From assembly GCA_021817825.1 (NCBI GenBank), contig JAKAFS010000005.1:2679-66678 (forward strand): DNA of 64,000 bases, read 5' to 3'. The notes under the pieces are model-generated. The model made no database searches. It had not been told where the DNA came from and worked only from the letters and a program-made list of their open reading frames with translations. The DNA comes from Deltaproteobacteria bacterium. Lineage in GTDB: Bacteria; Desulfobacterota; Syntrophia; Syntrophales; UBA5619. Each line of letters starts with the position of its first letter. Within the stretch, counting starts at the first letter, position 1. The translations under genes and the position numbers were made by a program. This document shows, one piece after another, positions 37,824-46,585 of this stretch.

Positions 37824-38180
37824 TTAATGGTGGAGCGGATGGAGCCGATTTTCGACGGCGTCCCGCAGTTGATCGATGCTGAAGGGTTTCGAGAGGCAAA
37901 AGTCGGCGCCGGCATCCTTGAACTCCGCAAGGGCCAAGGAGCCGCTCATGCCGATGATCTTGACGGCCGGGGAATGGGTCTTGATGAACCGGCAGAGTTC
38001 GATGCCGTCCAGCCGGGGCATGTCGGCGTCGGTGATGACGATATCGTAGTGCTGATTCGTCTGCAAATCCATCGCATCGATCCCATCCTTGGCCGTGTCC
38101 ACCTCATGGCCGAAAAGCGCCATGGCATCGGACAGGACTTCCAATAGCTCCGGATTGTCGTCTACTACCAGCAGTCGCAC
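37824..38180 (-). CDS. Single-domain response regulator (CheY-like receiver)
   Basis: LLVVDDN..., phospho-acceptor region DIVITDADMPRLDG, and KPF. GTG start after GGAGG. Confidence 0.85.
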   Translation of the reverse strand: MRLLVVDDNPELLEVLSDAMALFGHEVDTAKDGIDAMDLQTNQHYDIVITDADMPRLDGIELCRFIKTHSPAVKIIGMSGSLALAEFKDAGADFCLSKPFSIDQLRDAVENRLHPLHH

Positions 38181-38400
38181 GCGAAACCTCCTTATGGCCG
38201 ATTCAATTTTTCCGTCGTCTTATCCCTTTGACCGGTTGCCCGGCGAATTGAGCCGCTGCAAACCGGCGCGGATAAAGGCGGTCAGCTCGACGGGGCTAAC
38301 GCTCCTTCCGTTCATTGCAAATATAACCGTGGTGACGGACGGTTGCCATAAGAACCCATTGGTGGTCTTTCGGTAAGCGATACCTATGACTCCGGTGCAC

Positions 38401-39009
38401 TCAAATTCGGGGAGGCCAGGCCGCGGAAGGATAAAGGGTGCGGAGCGCCGAGAGGAACATCTCCACGGCCACCGTGGTCAGGATCATGCCCATCAGCCGC
38501 TCGGTGGCGACCAGCACCCGCTCGCCCAGGAGCTGGATCAGGCGACTCGAATAGAGAAGAATGAGCCCCGCAAGGAGGCAGGCGGCGGCGAGGGCGGCAA
38601 GCCATTCCGGCCAGCGCGTCGGTTCCCGGGCCATGAGCAGCAGGACGGTGGCCATCGCCGACGGCCCCGCGATGGATGGAATCGCCAAAGGAACGATGAA
38701 CGGCTCTCCTCCCAGGATGTCCTCAAAGACCTTTTCCGAGCCGAGAAAGATCATCCGGAGGGCGATAATGAACAGGATGATCCCCCCGGCGATGCTGAGC
38801 GAAGGTTCGGAGACCTGGAGAACCAGGAGGAGGTACTGACCGCCGAAGAGGAACAGGACGAGCATCCCGAAGGCAATCCCCAGTTCCCGCAGCAGGACCG
38901 CCTTGCGGCGGCGCTCCTCCACCTTCTTCAGGACGCAAAGAAAAAAAGGGACGTTCCCCAGAGGATCGATGACGAGAAACAAAAGGATGGTGGCGGACAG
39001 GATTTCCAT
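38401..39009 (-). CDS. MarC-family (UPF0056) integral membrane protein
   Basis: MEILSATILLFLVIDPLGNVPFF is the typical MarC N-terminus. The protein has six TM helices. I used the internal start at 39009. Confidence 0.85.
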   Translation of the reverse strand: MEILSATILLFLVIDPLGNVPFFLCVLKKVEERRRKAVLLRELGIAFGMLVLFLFGGQYLLLVLQVSEPSLSIAGGIILFIIALRMIFLGSEKVFEDILGGEPFIVPLAIPSIAGPSAMATVLLLMAREPTRWPEWLAALAAACLLAGLILLYSSRLIQLLGERVLVATERLMGMILTTVAVEMFLSALRTLYPSAAWPPRI

Positions 39010-39393
39010 CGAGCTTTTCCTCCACGGCGGCCGGTCTGCGACGATCGACCTGAGGCTTCTCCGCCCGAATGCGGAGGGACGCGGCAAGAAGACCTGCTGT
39101 CATCATGGGACCATCGTTTCCGGGACGCAACGGGCGGCGATGGTCTGATTGTTGATAGCCCTTTCCTATCAGTTCCAGGGGAAGCCGTTTTTAAATCTTG
39201 ACTCCTCGGCCTTTCTTGCAGGATACTTCGCCCCGCGTTTCGCTATTTGCCCCGGAGGACGCGGACGGCTGTCCGCCGCCGACGGGGCCGGGGACTTCGC
39301 CTTTAAGGCAAGTTGCCGGCAGACTCCCGCAGGAGCGCGGTGATGATCAGGATTTTTAATAACCGGACTGATCCGGAAGACAAAGGAGAACCT

Positions 39394-40263
39394 ATGAAAC
39401 CTCAAGGCTTAAAGACAAAGATATTCCTCGATGGGGGCAATCCCGAGGAGACCCGGGAGATTATCGGCAGCCTCGGCTTTCTCGACGGCCAGACGACGAA
39501 CCCGACCCTGATCGCCAAAAGTCCCGGCGCCAAAAAGCGGCTCGACAGCGGCCGGAAGTTCAGCGAAGGGGAAATCTGGGACTACTATCGGTCCGTGGTG
39601 GGGACCCTGTCGTCCCTGCTGCCCGGAGGATCCGTTTCCGTGGAGGTCTACTGCGACTCGGCCTCGCCTGCCGATCGCATGCTCAAGCAGGCGCGGGAGA
39701 TGTCTTCCTGGATCCCCAATGCCCACATCAAGTTTCCCATTTCCCCCGAGGGGCTCAAAGCCGCGGAACTTGCCGTGCGGGAAGGAATCAGGGTGAACAT
39801 GACCCTCTGCTTTACCCAGGGACAGGGGGCGGCGGTGTACGCCGCGACCGCGGGAGCCGCCAAGGGCGATGTCTTCCTGTCGCCCTTCGTCGGCCGACTG
39901 GACGACAGGGGCCAAAACGGCATGGACCTGATCGCGAACATCCTCCAGATGTACAAAAAGGGCGACGGCCATGTGGAGGTCCTGTCCGCCAGCGTCAGGA
40001 CCTTGGATCATTTCCTCTGCGCCCTGAAACTCGGTTCGGACATTATCACCGCCCCCTATGCGATCCTCAAGGAATGGGGCGAGAAGGGACTGATGCTGCC
40101 CGGAGCGGATTATAAGTACGATGCCGCCGCCCTGGGGTTCAAGCCCATTCCCTATGAGAACCTCGATCTGGCGAAAAGCTGGCGGGATTTCGATATTGCC
40201 CATGATCTCACCACCAAAGGGATGGAACGGTTTTCGGAGGACTGGAATTCCCTGATCGGCTAA
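39394..40263 (+). CDS. tal: Transaldolase-family protein
   Basis: KIFLDGGNPEE, QTTNPTLI, and Schiff-base Lys region NAHIKFPIS. ATG at 39394 follows AAAGGAG. Confidence 0.85.
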   Translation: MKPQGLKTKIFLDGGNPEETREIIGSLGFLDGQTTNPTLIAKSPGAKKRLDSGRKFSEGEIWDYYRSVVGTLSSLLPGGSVSVEVYCDSASPADRMLKQAREMSSWIPNAHIKFPISPEGLKAAELAVREGIRVNMTLCFTQGQGAAVYAATAGAAKGDVFLSPFVGRLDDRGQNGMDLIANILQMYKKGDGHVEVLSASVRTLDHFLCALKLGSDIITAPYAILKEWGEKGLMLPGADYKYDAAALGFKPIPYENLDLAKSWRDFDIAHDLTTKGMERFSEDWNSLIG

Positions 40264-40278
40264 ATGATTTCCCTATCT

Positions 40279-40303
40279 GGGGGCCCTGCTGGGCAGGGCC
40301 CCC
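40279..40303 (+). terminator. GC-rich hairpin after transaldolase (no U-tract)
   Basis: GGGGGCCCTG-ctggg-CAGGGCCCCC, a perfect 10-bp stem. There is no downstream T-tract, so terminator function is uncertain. Confidence 0.4.
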
Positions 40304-40307
40304 ACCC

Positions 40308-40330
40308 AATGGTAGGGATTGCTTACCAAT
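40308..40330. promoter_or_regulatory. AATGGTAG-GGATTGC-TTACCAAT, degenerate copy of the recurring palindrome (site 3)
   Basis: The left arm is exact and the right arm matches 6/8. It lies about 150 nt upstream of ccoN. Confidence 0.35.
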
Positions 40331-40480
40331 GGGCATACCATCAACCCGCATTGCGCACCCGCCGCCCGGCCCATAATATTGCACCGGAAACAGTTCCATC
40401 GGCAGTCCCGTCGGTCTTCCGGCTGATCCGGGATATTTTTTCGCTGCCCCGCGGCCCCTCTCCGGGGCGGAGAAAGCAGC

Positions 40481-41860
40481 ATGACGATGTGGGTGCAAAA
40501 AATGGCGGAGTCGACTTCCGATAGCGATCTTGTCAACAAGGGCATCGTCCGGGCCTGGTTGGTCTGGGGATTCTTCTGGGCGCTCTTCGCCCCCGTGGTC
40601 GGGATCCTCCTCTCTTTGGTCTTCAACTTTCCCACCTTCCTGGATACGGAGTTCAGCCATTTCGGCAGGCTCCGGCCCCTCCACGTCAACGGCGTCATTC
40701 TCGGCGTCTTTTCGAACCTCTTCATCGGCATGGCCCACTACATGGTGCCCAAGCTTACCGGGACCCGTCTCTATCGCGAGGCTTGGTCGCGCTCCTCCCT
40801 GATCCTCTGGAACGGCACCCTCGTGATCGCCTTTACCCTTTTGCTTCTGGGATACAACAAGGGGCTGGAGGTGGCCGAGCTTCCCAATCCGCTCCCCCTC
40901 TTTTTGACCGCCGCCCTGGGCCTCTTCGCCTATCAGGTCTTCATGACCATCGCCCGCCGCAGGGAGGAGAAGATCTTCGTCTCCCTCTGGTACATCATCG
41001 CGGCCCTGGTCTGGACGATGATGACGCTCCTCTTCGGCAATTTCGTGGTTCCCTACGCGGGGCCGGGGATCAACAACGTGGCCCTCCACGGGCTCTACAT
41101 CCACTATGTGGTCGGCCTCTGGATCACCCCGGCGGGGCTCTCGGTGATCTACTTCTTTCTCCCCGCCGCCGCCCGGAGCCCCCTCTACAGCCACAAACTC
41201 TCGCTCATCGGCTTCTGGTCCCTCTCCTTTTTCTACCCCTTCGTCGGAATCCACCATTATCTCTATAGTCCGATCCCGGGCTGGACCCAGACCGTCGCCA
41301 TCGTGGCCAGCATGATGCTGATCATCCCGGTTTTGACCGTCGTCGTGAATTTCTTCGGCACCCTGAAGGGAAAATGGGGCGCCTTCCAGACCGATTTTAC
41401 GGTCAAACTGATGATCTTCGGGGCGGCCATGTACTTCATCGGCAGCGTCCAGGGCTCCTTCGAGGCGCTCCTGGCCCTTCAGCAGCCGACCCATTTCACC
41501 GATTTCGTGATCGCCCACTCCCATGCCACGGTCTTCGGGGGCTATGTCATCTTCGTCCTGGCGGCCTGCTACTACGTCTGGCCCCGGGTCGCCGGGGGGA
41601 GGTTCCATGAAGCCACGGCCCAGTGGAGCACCTGGATGATCATGGGCGGGATCGTTTCGATGATCGCGATCCTGGTCCTTCAGGGACTGATCCAGGGGAC
41701 GTCGCTCATGGCCGGGGCCGAATTCGTCGACAGCCTGGTGGCCATGAAGCCCTACTGGTTTCTCAGGACCCTGGTGGGCACGACCATGGACGTCGGGATC
41801 GCCCTGATCGGGATCAACCTCTATTGGGCCAGCCGACGCCAGCCGGAGGTGCAGCGATGA
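40481..41860 (+). CDS. ccoN: cbb3-type cytochrome c oxidase subunit I (CcoN)
   Basis: 459-aa polytopic haem-copper oxidase. Motifs: HFGRLRPLHVNGVILGVFSN, YIHYVVGLWITP, HSHATVFGGY. Confidence 0.92.
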   Translation: MTMWVQKMAESTSDSDLVNKGIVRAWLVWGFFWALFAPVVGILLSLVFNFPTFLDTEFSHFGRLRPLHVNGVILGVFSNLFIGMAHYMVPKLTGTRLYREAWSRSSLILWNGTLVIAFTLLLLGYNKGLEVAELPNPLPLFLTAALGLFAYQVFMTIARRREEKIFVSLWYIIAALVWTMMTLLFGNFVVPYAGPGINNVALHGLYIHYVVGLWITPAGLSVIYFFLPAAARSPLYSHKLSLIGFWSLSFFYPFVGIHHYLYSPIPGWTQTVAIVASMMLIIPVLTVVVNFFGTLKGKWGAFQTDFTVKLMIFGAAMYFIGSVQGSFEALLALQQPTHFTDFVIAHSHATVFGGYVIFVLAACYYVWPRVAGGRFHEATAQWSTWMIMGGIVSMIAILVLQGLIQGTSLMAGAEFVDSLVAMKPYWFLRTLVGTTMDVGIALIGINLYWASRRQPEVQR

Positions 41861-43140
41861 AGCGGGCCAAATTCATCGCCCTGATCGCCGGCTTCGGTTT
41901 CTTTTTCCTGGCCCTGGCCCTACAGGGGATCGTCCCCTACCTGCTCCCGGAAAACCGGGAACTGAAAGTCGCCAGGACCGTCCGCACCCCCCTGGGCGAG
42001 CTTGCGGAGATCAAGGCCGAGGCGGCCGCCTATCCGGAAGAGCAGCTCCGCGGCCGCCGGGTCTTTATCCGCGAAGGGTGCTGGTACTGCCATTCCCAGT
42101 ATCTGCGGCCCACTGCCGGGGAGAGCCGGCGCTGGGGGCCGGTTTCGGAGTTCGGCGAATACGCCCATGACCTGCCCCACCTCCTGGGCACCCGCCGGAT
42201 CGGCCCCGACCTGATCCGGGTGGGCGGCAAATACGGGGATGACTGGCATACGGCCCACTTCCTCGATCCCCGGATGGTGGTGCCCGATTCCGTCATGCCG
42301 AGGCTGGACTGGCTTTTGGCCAAGGATGCGGCCACGGGCAAGCAGACGCTGAACGCCGAAGGCCGCGCGGTCACGGCCTTCGTTCAGGGATTGGGGATGG
42401 GCAAGGGAAAATGGCGCGACGCCTTTCCCTACCAGCTGGCCGAAAGCGGCTCCTCGTCCCTCGAATCCGTCGCCGCCATCGCCCACGGCCGGGCCGTCTA
42501 TCTGCGCCGCTGCATCGGCTGCCACGGCGAAAAGGGAGACGGCCAGGGGACGGCGCCCACCACGGTGCTCTTTGCCGTCGCCCTGCCGCGCGATTTCACG
42601 GCCGGCGTCTACAAGTTCCGGACCACCCCCAGCGGCTCGGTCCCCCTCGATGCGGATCTCTACCGGACGATCACCGCCGGCATCCGGGGAACCGCCATGC
42701 CCCCCTGGTTCAACCTTGCGGAAGACCAAAGGTGGGATCTGGTCCACTACCTCAAGACTTTTTCCAAGGACTTCAAGGAGTACCCGCCGGAGCCCCCGAT
42801 CCAGATCGGCCGGCCGCCGAAGCCCTCGGCCGAGATGATTGCCCAGGGGAAAAAGGTCTTTGTGGAGATGAAATGCTGGGAATGCCACGGTCCGGAAGGG
42901 CGGGGGGACGGCCCGGCGTCGCAGACCCAGGAGGACGATTTCGGCCACAAGATCCCGCCGGCCAATTTCACCCGCGGGATCTTCAAGAGCGGCCCCCAGG
43001 CGCGGGATATCTTCCGGACCTTCATGACGGGCCTGAGCGGCACCCCCATGCCCTCGTTCGGCGATTCTTTTGCTTCTCCTGAGGACGGCTGGGCCCTGAC
43101 CTATTTCGTGTTGAGCCTTTCGGCGGATGGGAAGCCATGA
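41857..43140 (+). CDS. ccoO: Fused cbb3 oxidase subunit II (CcoO, monohaem) and dihaem CcoP-like cytochrome c domain
   Basis: ATGA overlap with ccoN. N-terminal TM anchor, then the CcoO haem site CWYCHSQYLRP. Two further CxxCH sites follow (CIGCHGEKGDG, CWECHGPEGRG). Confidence 0.85.
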   Translation: MKRAKFIALIAGFGFFFLALALQGIVPYLLPENRELKVARTVRTPLGELAEIKAEAAAYPEEQLRGRRVFIREGCWYCHSQYLRPTAGESRRWGPVSEFGEYAHDLPHLLGTRRIGPDLIRVGGKYGDDWHTAHFLDPRMVVPDSVMPRLDWLLAKDAATGKQTLNAEGRAVTAFVQGLGMGKGKWRDAFPYQLAESGSSSLESVAAIAHGRAVYLRRCIGCHGEKGDGQGTAPTTVLFAVALPRDFTAGVYKFRTTPSGSVPLDADLYRTITAGIRGTAMPPWFNLAEDQRWDLVHYLKTFSKDFKEYPPEPPIQIGRPPKPSAEMIAQGKKVFVEMKCWECHGPEGRGDGPASQTQEDDFGHKIPPANFTRGIFKSGPQARDIFRTFMTGLSGTPMPSFGDSFASPEDGWALTYFVLSLSADGKP

Positions 43141-43298
43141 TCGAAAAGACGGTCCTTTACGGATTTCTGGTGGCCCTGACCATGGGGTTGAGCGCCCTGG
43201 CCTTCTTTGTCTGGGCGGTGCTCGCCAACCAGTGGGATGATACGGAGGATGTGAAGTACCGCATCCTTGAACGGGAATGGGAAGAGGTGCGGAAATGA
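43137..43298 (+). CDS. ccoS: CcoS/FixS-like cbb3 oxidase maturation protein (53 aa, below ORF-track cutoff)
   Basis: Hand translation gives MIEKTVLYGFLVALTMGLSALAFFVWAVLANQWDDTEDVKYRILEREWEEVRK. It has one TM helix plus the W..(Q)WDD.ED...RIL pattern. ATGA overlap with the upstream gene. Confidence 0.6.
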   Translation: MIEKTVLYGFLVALTMGLSALAFFVWAVLANQWDDTEDVKYRILEREWEEVRK

Positions 43299-43321
43299 CC
43301 AATGAATCGAGGAGTGCAATC

Positions 43322-44047
43322 ATGAGAAGATCCGGTTTATGGCTGGCGGTGGCGACCCTGTGGGCGGTTTGTATTTTTCTCCCCCCTGCGGCGAACGCGG
43401 CCTACGAAGAAGGAACGGTCGCGGGCGGCGGCAAGATCACGGGGACGGTGACCTACAACGGGACGGTCCCGATGCGAAAGATCATCCCCACCAAGGACCA
43501 GGAGGTCTGCGGCGGCGTCCGGGACGAGCCGCAGGTCATTCTCGGCGACGGGAAAAAGGTCGTGGACGCGGTGGTCTACCTGAAGGACTTGACGAAGGGG
43601 AAAAAGTGGGAGAAGCCCAAGAAGACCCCGGAACTGGTCAACCACGGCTGCCAGTTCGTTCCGCACGTGCAGGTCGTCCCCCTGGGGATGAAGCTGGCCA
43701 TCGTCAACTCCGACCCCGTGCTTCACAACACCCACGGCTTTCTGATCAAGACCACCCTCTTCAACGTGGCCATGCCCACGCAGGGACAGCGGGTGGAAAA
43801 ACCCCTGAGCCGGCCCGGGGTCGTCCGGGTGGAATGCGACGCCCATGGCTGGATGCTGGCCTGGATCTATGTGGCGGACAGCCCCTATGTCATGCAGACC
43901 GGCAAGGACGGCGCCTTCACCTTGAGCGACGTTCCGCCGGGCAACTACACCCTGGTGGTGTGGCAGGAAAAAACCGGCGCCAAGGAGATCCCGGTCGCCG
44001 TGAAAGCCGGCGAAACGGTCGCCCTGGGCAGCGTCGAAATCAAATAA
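43322..44047 (+). CDS. Secreted cupredoxin-like / carboxypeptidase-regulatory-like domain protein
   Basis: Signal peptide. Possible type-1 Cu ligand pattern (HNTHG ... CDAHGWM). The C-terminal GAFTLSDVPPGNYTLVVW resembles a CarboxypepD_reg fold. Confidence 0.55.
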   Translation: MRRSGLWLAVATLWAVCIFLPPAANAAYEEGTVAGGGKITGTVTYNGTVPMRKIIPTKDQEVCGGVRDEPQVILGDGKKVVDAVVYLKDLTKGKKWEKPKKTPELVNHGCQFVPHVQVVPLGMKLAIVNSDPVLHNTHGFLIKTTLFNVAMPTQGQRVEKPLSRPGVVRVECDAHGWMLAWIYVADSPYVMQTGKDGAFTLSDVPPGNYTLVVWQEKTGAKEIPVAVKAGETVALGSVEIK

Positions 44048-44095
44048 CCTTCCCGGTTGCGGTTCGCCGGGGTTCCCACGCCAAAGGAGGACAAC

Positions 44096-45223
44096 ATGAA
44101 AAAGAAGGAGAGGACCCACAGCCGGATCGACCGCGGCAGCGTGCAGACCGATGAGGACAGGAACGCCGGCGTGCGGATCACCCGGCGCACCTTCCTGCAT
44201 CGCTCGGTCCTGGCCGGCGCCGCGTTCGGCGCCGTCTCCCAGGGGGCATTCCCCCTGATCAACCTGCTGGAGGTGGCCCACGGCGCCGAGACCGGATTCA
44301 GCTTTTCCTGGATCTCGGACACCCACCTCTACCCCAAGACGCTCAACACCCGCTTCGTCGAAAAGGCGGAACGGGCCGTCAACGACGTCAAGGCGATGAA
44401 GCCGGCGGCCGATTTTCTCATCTTCGGCGGCGACCTGGCCCAGCTCGGCGATCCCGTGGAGCTTCAGCTCGGCGAGGAGATCTTAAAGACGCTGGCCATC
44501 AAGAAGTACTATATTCCCGGCGAACACGACTGGTATCTGGACATGGGCGAGGACTGGGTCAAGCGGTTCGGAAAACCGAACTGGACCTTCGACCACAAGG
44601 GGGTGCGCTTCATCGGCCTCGACACGATCAGCCGGGGCCCCGATTACTGGACGGCCAAGAAGATGACCCCGGCGGAGCGGATGGGCCATATGGCGACCCT
44701 CGACGGCTCCGTAGCCGGGGCCTGGGCGGGCCTCGGCAAGGACCAGTTGCAGTGGCTCTCCGAGACGCTCTCGAACTGGCCGAAGGACAAGCCGGTGATC
44801 CTCTTCAGCCACAACCCGCTTTACGAATACTATCCCCCCTGGAATTTCTGGGTCCGGGACTGGCGGGAGGTCCAGGAGATCCTCCGCCCCTACGTCAAGG
44901 CGACGAACATCCACGGCCACACCCACCAGGTGCTCTACAATGAGGTGGGGACGATGCGTTGCATCGGCATGCTCGCCACCTCCTGGCCCTGGCCCTATGC
45001 CCCCCAGGGTGTCCCGGCCCTGACCGTGCCCATGGTGCGCGCCGATCCGGGGGACCATTTCGACGGCGTGGGCTGGGCGAAGCTGACGACGACGCCGGCC
45101 GGCAAGGTGGACAACCAGTACATGATGTGGCGCAAGGATATCTTCAGCCAGTCGCAGGTCGATTCGGGAACGAGCGACAATGTCAACCAGATCCTGAGCC
45201 CCCGCTTTGCCGACCGGCCTTAG
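44096..45223 (+). CDS. Tat-exported metallophosphoesterase
   Basis: Twin-arginine signal (TRRTFLHRSVLAGAAFGA). Calcineurin-like motifs SDTH, GGDLAQ, GEHD and IHGHTH. Confidence 0.8.
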   Translation: MKKKERTHSRIDRGSVQTDEDRNAGVRITRRTFLHRSVLAGAAFGAVSQGAFPLINLLEVAHGAETGFSFSWISDTHLYPKTLNTRFVEKAERAVNDVKAMKPAADFLIFGGDLAQLGDPVELQLGEEILKTLAIKKYYIPGEHDWYLDMGEDWVKRFGKPNWTFDHKGVRFIGLDTISRGPDYWTAKKMTPAERMGHMATLDGSVAGAWAGLGKDQLQWLSETLSNWPKDKPVILFSHNPLYEYYPPWNFWVRDWREVQEILRPYVKATNIHGHTHQVLYNEVGTMRCIGMLATSWPWPYAPQGVPALTVPMVRADPGDHFDGVGWAKLTTTPAGKVDNQYMMWRKDIFSQSQVDSGTSDNVNQILSPRFADRP

Positions 45224-45290
45224 CGGATCTCATTCACGGCGCGTTTTGAGCGCCTGCACGTGATCGACGTGCCATAAGGAGGAAGCGGCT

Positions 45291-45743
45291 ATGAAAAAAA
45301 ATGGGACCACCCTGGCGATCGTGATTTCTCTTTCTTTGGGTATCGGCCTGTTCGCGGCCGGGGGCGCCTCGGCCCACAAGGCCAAGCACACGCCGGAGCA
45401 ACTCAAGGCCTTCGAGGACGTCTTCATGGAGCAGGTCATGATCGGCGATCTGCTCTTCCACGGCGACGCGGCCACGGAAAAGCAGCTGGGGACCAAGCTT
45501 TCCAAGACGGGGATGGCCTGCGCCATGTGCCACCCCTTCGCCTCCGATACGCACCCCTATGAGTTCCCCAAGTTTCAGGAGCAGATCAACAAATTCTCCA
45601 CCCTGCGGGACATGATCAACTGGTGCATCGAAAAACCCAACGAAGGGGAGATCCTCGAGGCCGATTCGGATGCCATGAAGGCCCTGGAGGCCTATATCCT
45701 CTGGTCCAACCGGGGCAGCAAGCTCGATCCCGGACGCCACTAA
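45291..45743 (+). CDS. Periplasmic monohaem c-type cytochrome
   Basis: Signal peptide and a single CAMCH haem-binding site. Confidence 0.7.
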   Translation: MKKNGTTLAIVISLSLGIGLFAAGGASAHKAKHTPEQLKAFEDVFMEQVMIGDLLFHGDAATEKQLGTKLSKTGMACAMCHPFASDTHPYEFPKFQEQINKFSTLRDMINWCIEKPNEGEILEADSDAMKALEAYILWSNRGSKLDPGRH

Positions 45744-45833
45744 CCGTCGGACGGCAGGCGGGCAAAAAAGGGGAGGCGATCGCGCCTCCGCTCTTGCCTG
45801 CCTGTGCGGTCCAAAGCGCAAAGGCCATTCGCC

Positions 45834-45986
45834 ATGGAAAAAGAGGAACGCGAACATTTTGCCCCCGACGTCGAATCCTTTTCGGGAAGGGTTCCGGTAT
45901 GGCTCATCTGCGTCTATGCCGGGCTGTTCCTCTGGGGAATCTATTATCTGGCAACGTACTGGAAAGGCCCGGCAGCGATCGGTTGA
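45834..45986 (+). CDS. Small membrane protein resembling the N-terminal (FixP_N) domain of CcoP
   Basis: MEKEEREHFAPDVESFSGRVPVWLICVYAGLFLWGIYYLATYWKG. The pattern H..D..E....P.W followed by a TM helix resembles the CcoP N-terminus. Confidence 0.5.
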   Translation: MEKEEREHFAPDVESFSGRVPVWLICVYAGLFLWGIYYLATYWKGPAAIG

Positions 45987-45997
45987 GGAGCATTCCC

Positions 45998-46510
45998 ATG
46001 AAAAACAAACCCTGCCTCCTGTGGCTTTTCCTCGGCCTCTTCCTTTGGGGAAGCGTCGGCGCCGCGTCGGCCATGGACGAGGCGAGCCCTTGAGAATTCA
46101 AAGTGTTCGGCCTGGACGGGCCGAAGTTCTTTCTCTATCTCACGAAGGACACCCCCTACACCCGCTGGCCCCTCTGGCCCGGGGAGGGACGGGACCGGCC
46201 GGCGGGGGAACCGCACGGACCCTATCGCACGCTTTACGTCAACCCTGCGGCCTCGGCGGCGCTCACCAGAGGAGAACCGCTGCCCTTCGGATCGCTGCTG
46301 GTCATGGAAAATCGCGCTGCCGATAAAAGCCTCCGGAACCTGGCCGTCCGGATCAAGCTCAAGGGATACCATCCCGAGGCGGGAGACTGGTACTGGTTCC
46401 TGTTTTCCCCGGACGGATCTCTCCAGGCGGAGGGGAAGCCCGGGACCTGCATCGCCTGCCACAGTGGCGCGAAGGACCGCGATTTTGTTATGCACGGATC
46501 GGTCAGGTGA
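45998..46510 (+). pseudogene. Cytochrome P460-family gene interrupted by an in-frame TGA (46091-46093) between signal peptide and haem domain; pseudogene or recoded (Sec/readthrough) gene
   Basis: The ATG at 45998 encodes the signal peptide MKNKPCLLWLFLGLFLWGSVGAASA. A TGA follows in the same frame as the 46103-46510 ORF. That ORF carries the P460-like domain with a CIACH haem site but has no export signal of its own. Confidence 0.55.
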
Positions 46511-46585
46511 CGGATTTGCCGGCCTGCCGAAGGTCGGGGCGGTCCTGAATGCGGTGGCGGACCATTCTTAAAAGGGGGTGCAGGC

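Noticed and set aside
40364-40380. Sigma-54-like element CGGCCCATAATATTGCA upstream of ccoN.
   Set aside because: The GG and GC dinucleotides are separated by 11 nt instead of the strict 10 nt, and the -24 box is poor.
45623-46093. 156-aa ORF overlapping the 3' end of the cytochrome c gene and the FixP_N-like ORF.
   Set aside because: Only its last 32 codons (from the ATG at 45998) look real, as the signal peptide of the P460 gene. The upstream part is an Arg/Gly-rich out-of-frame read-through of other genes.
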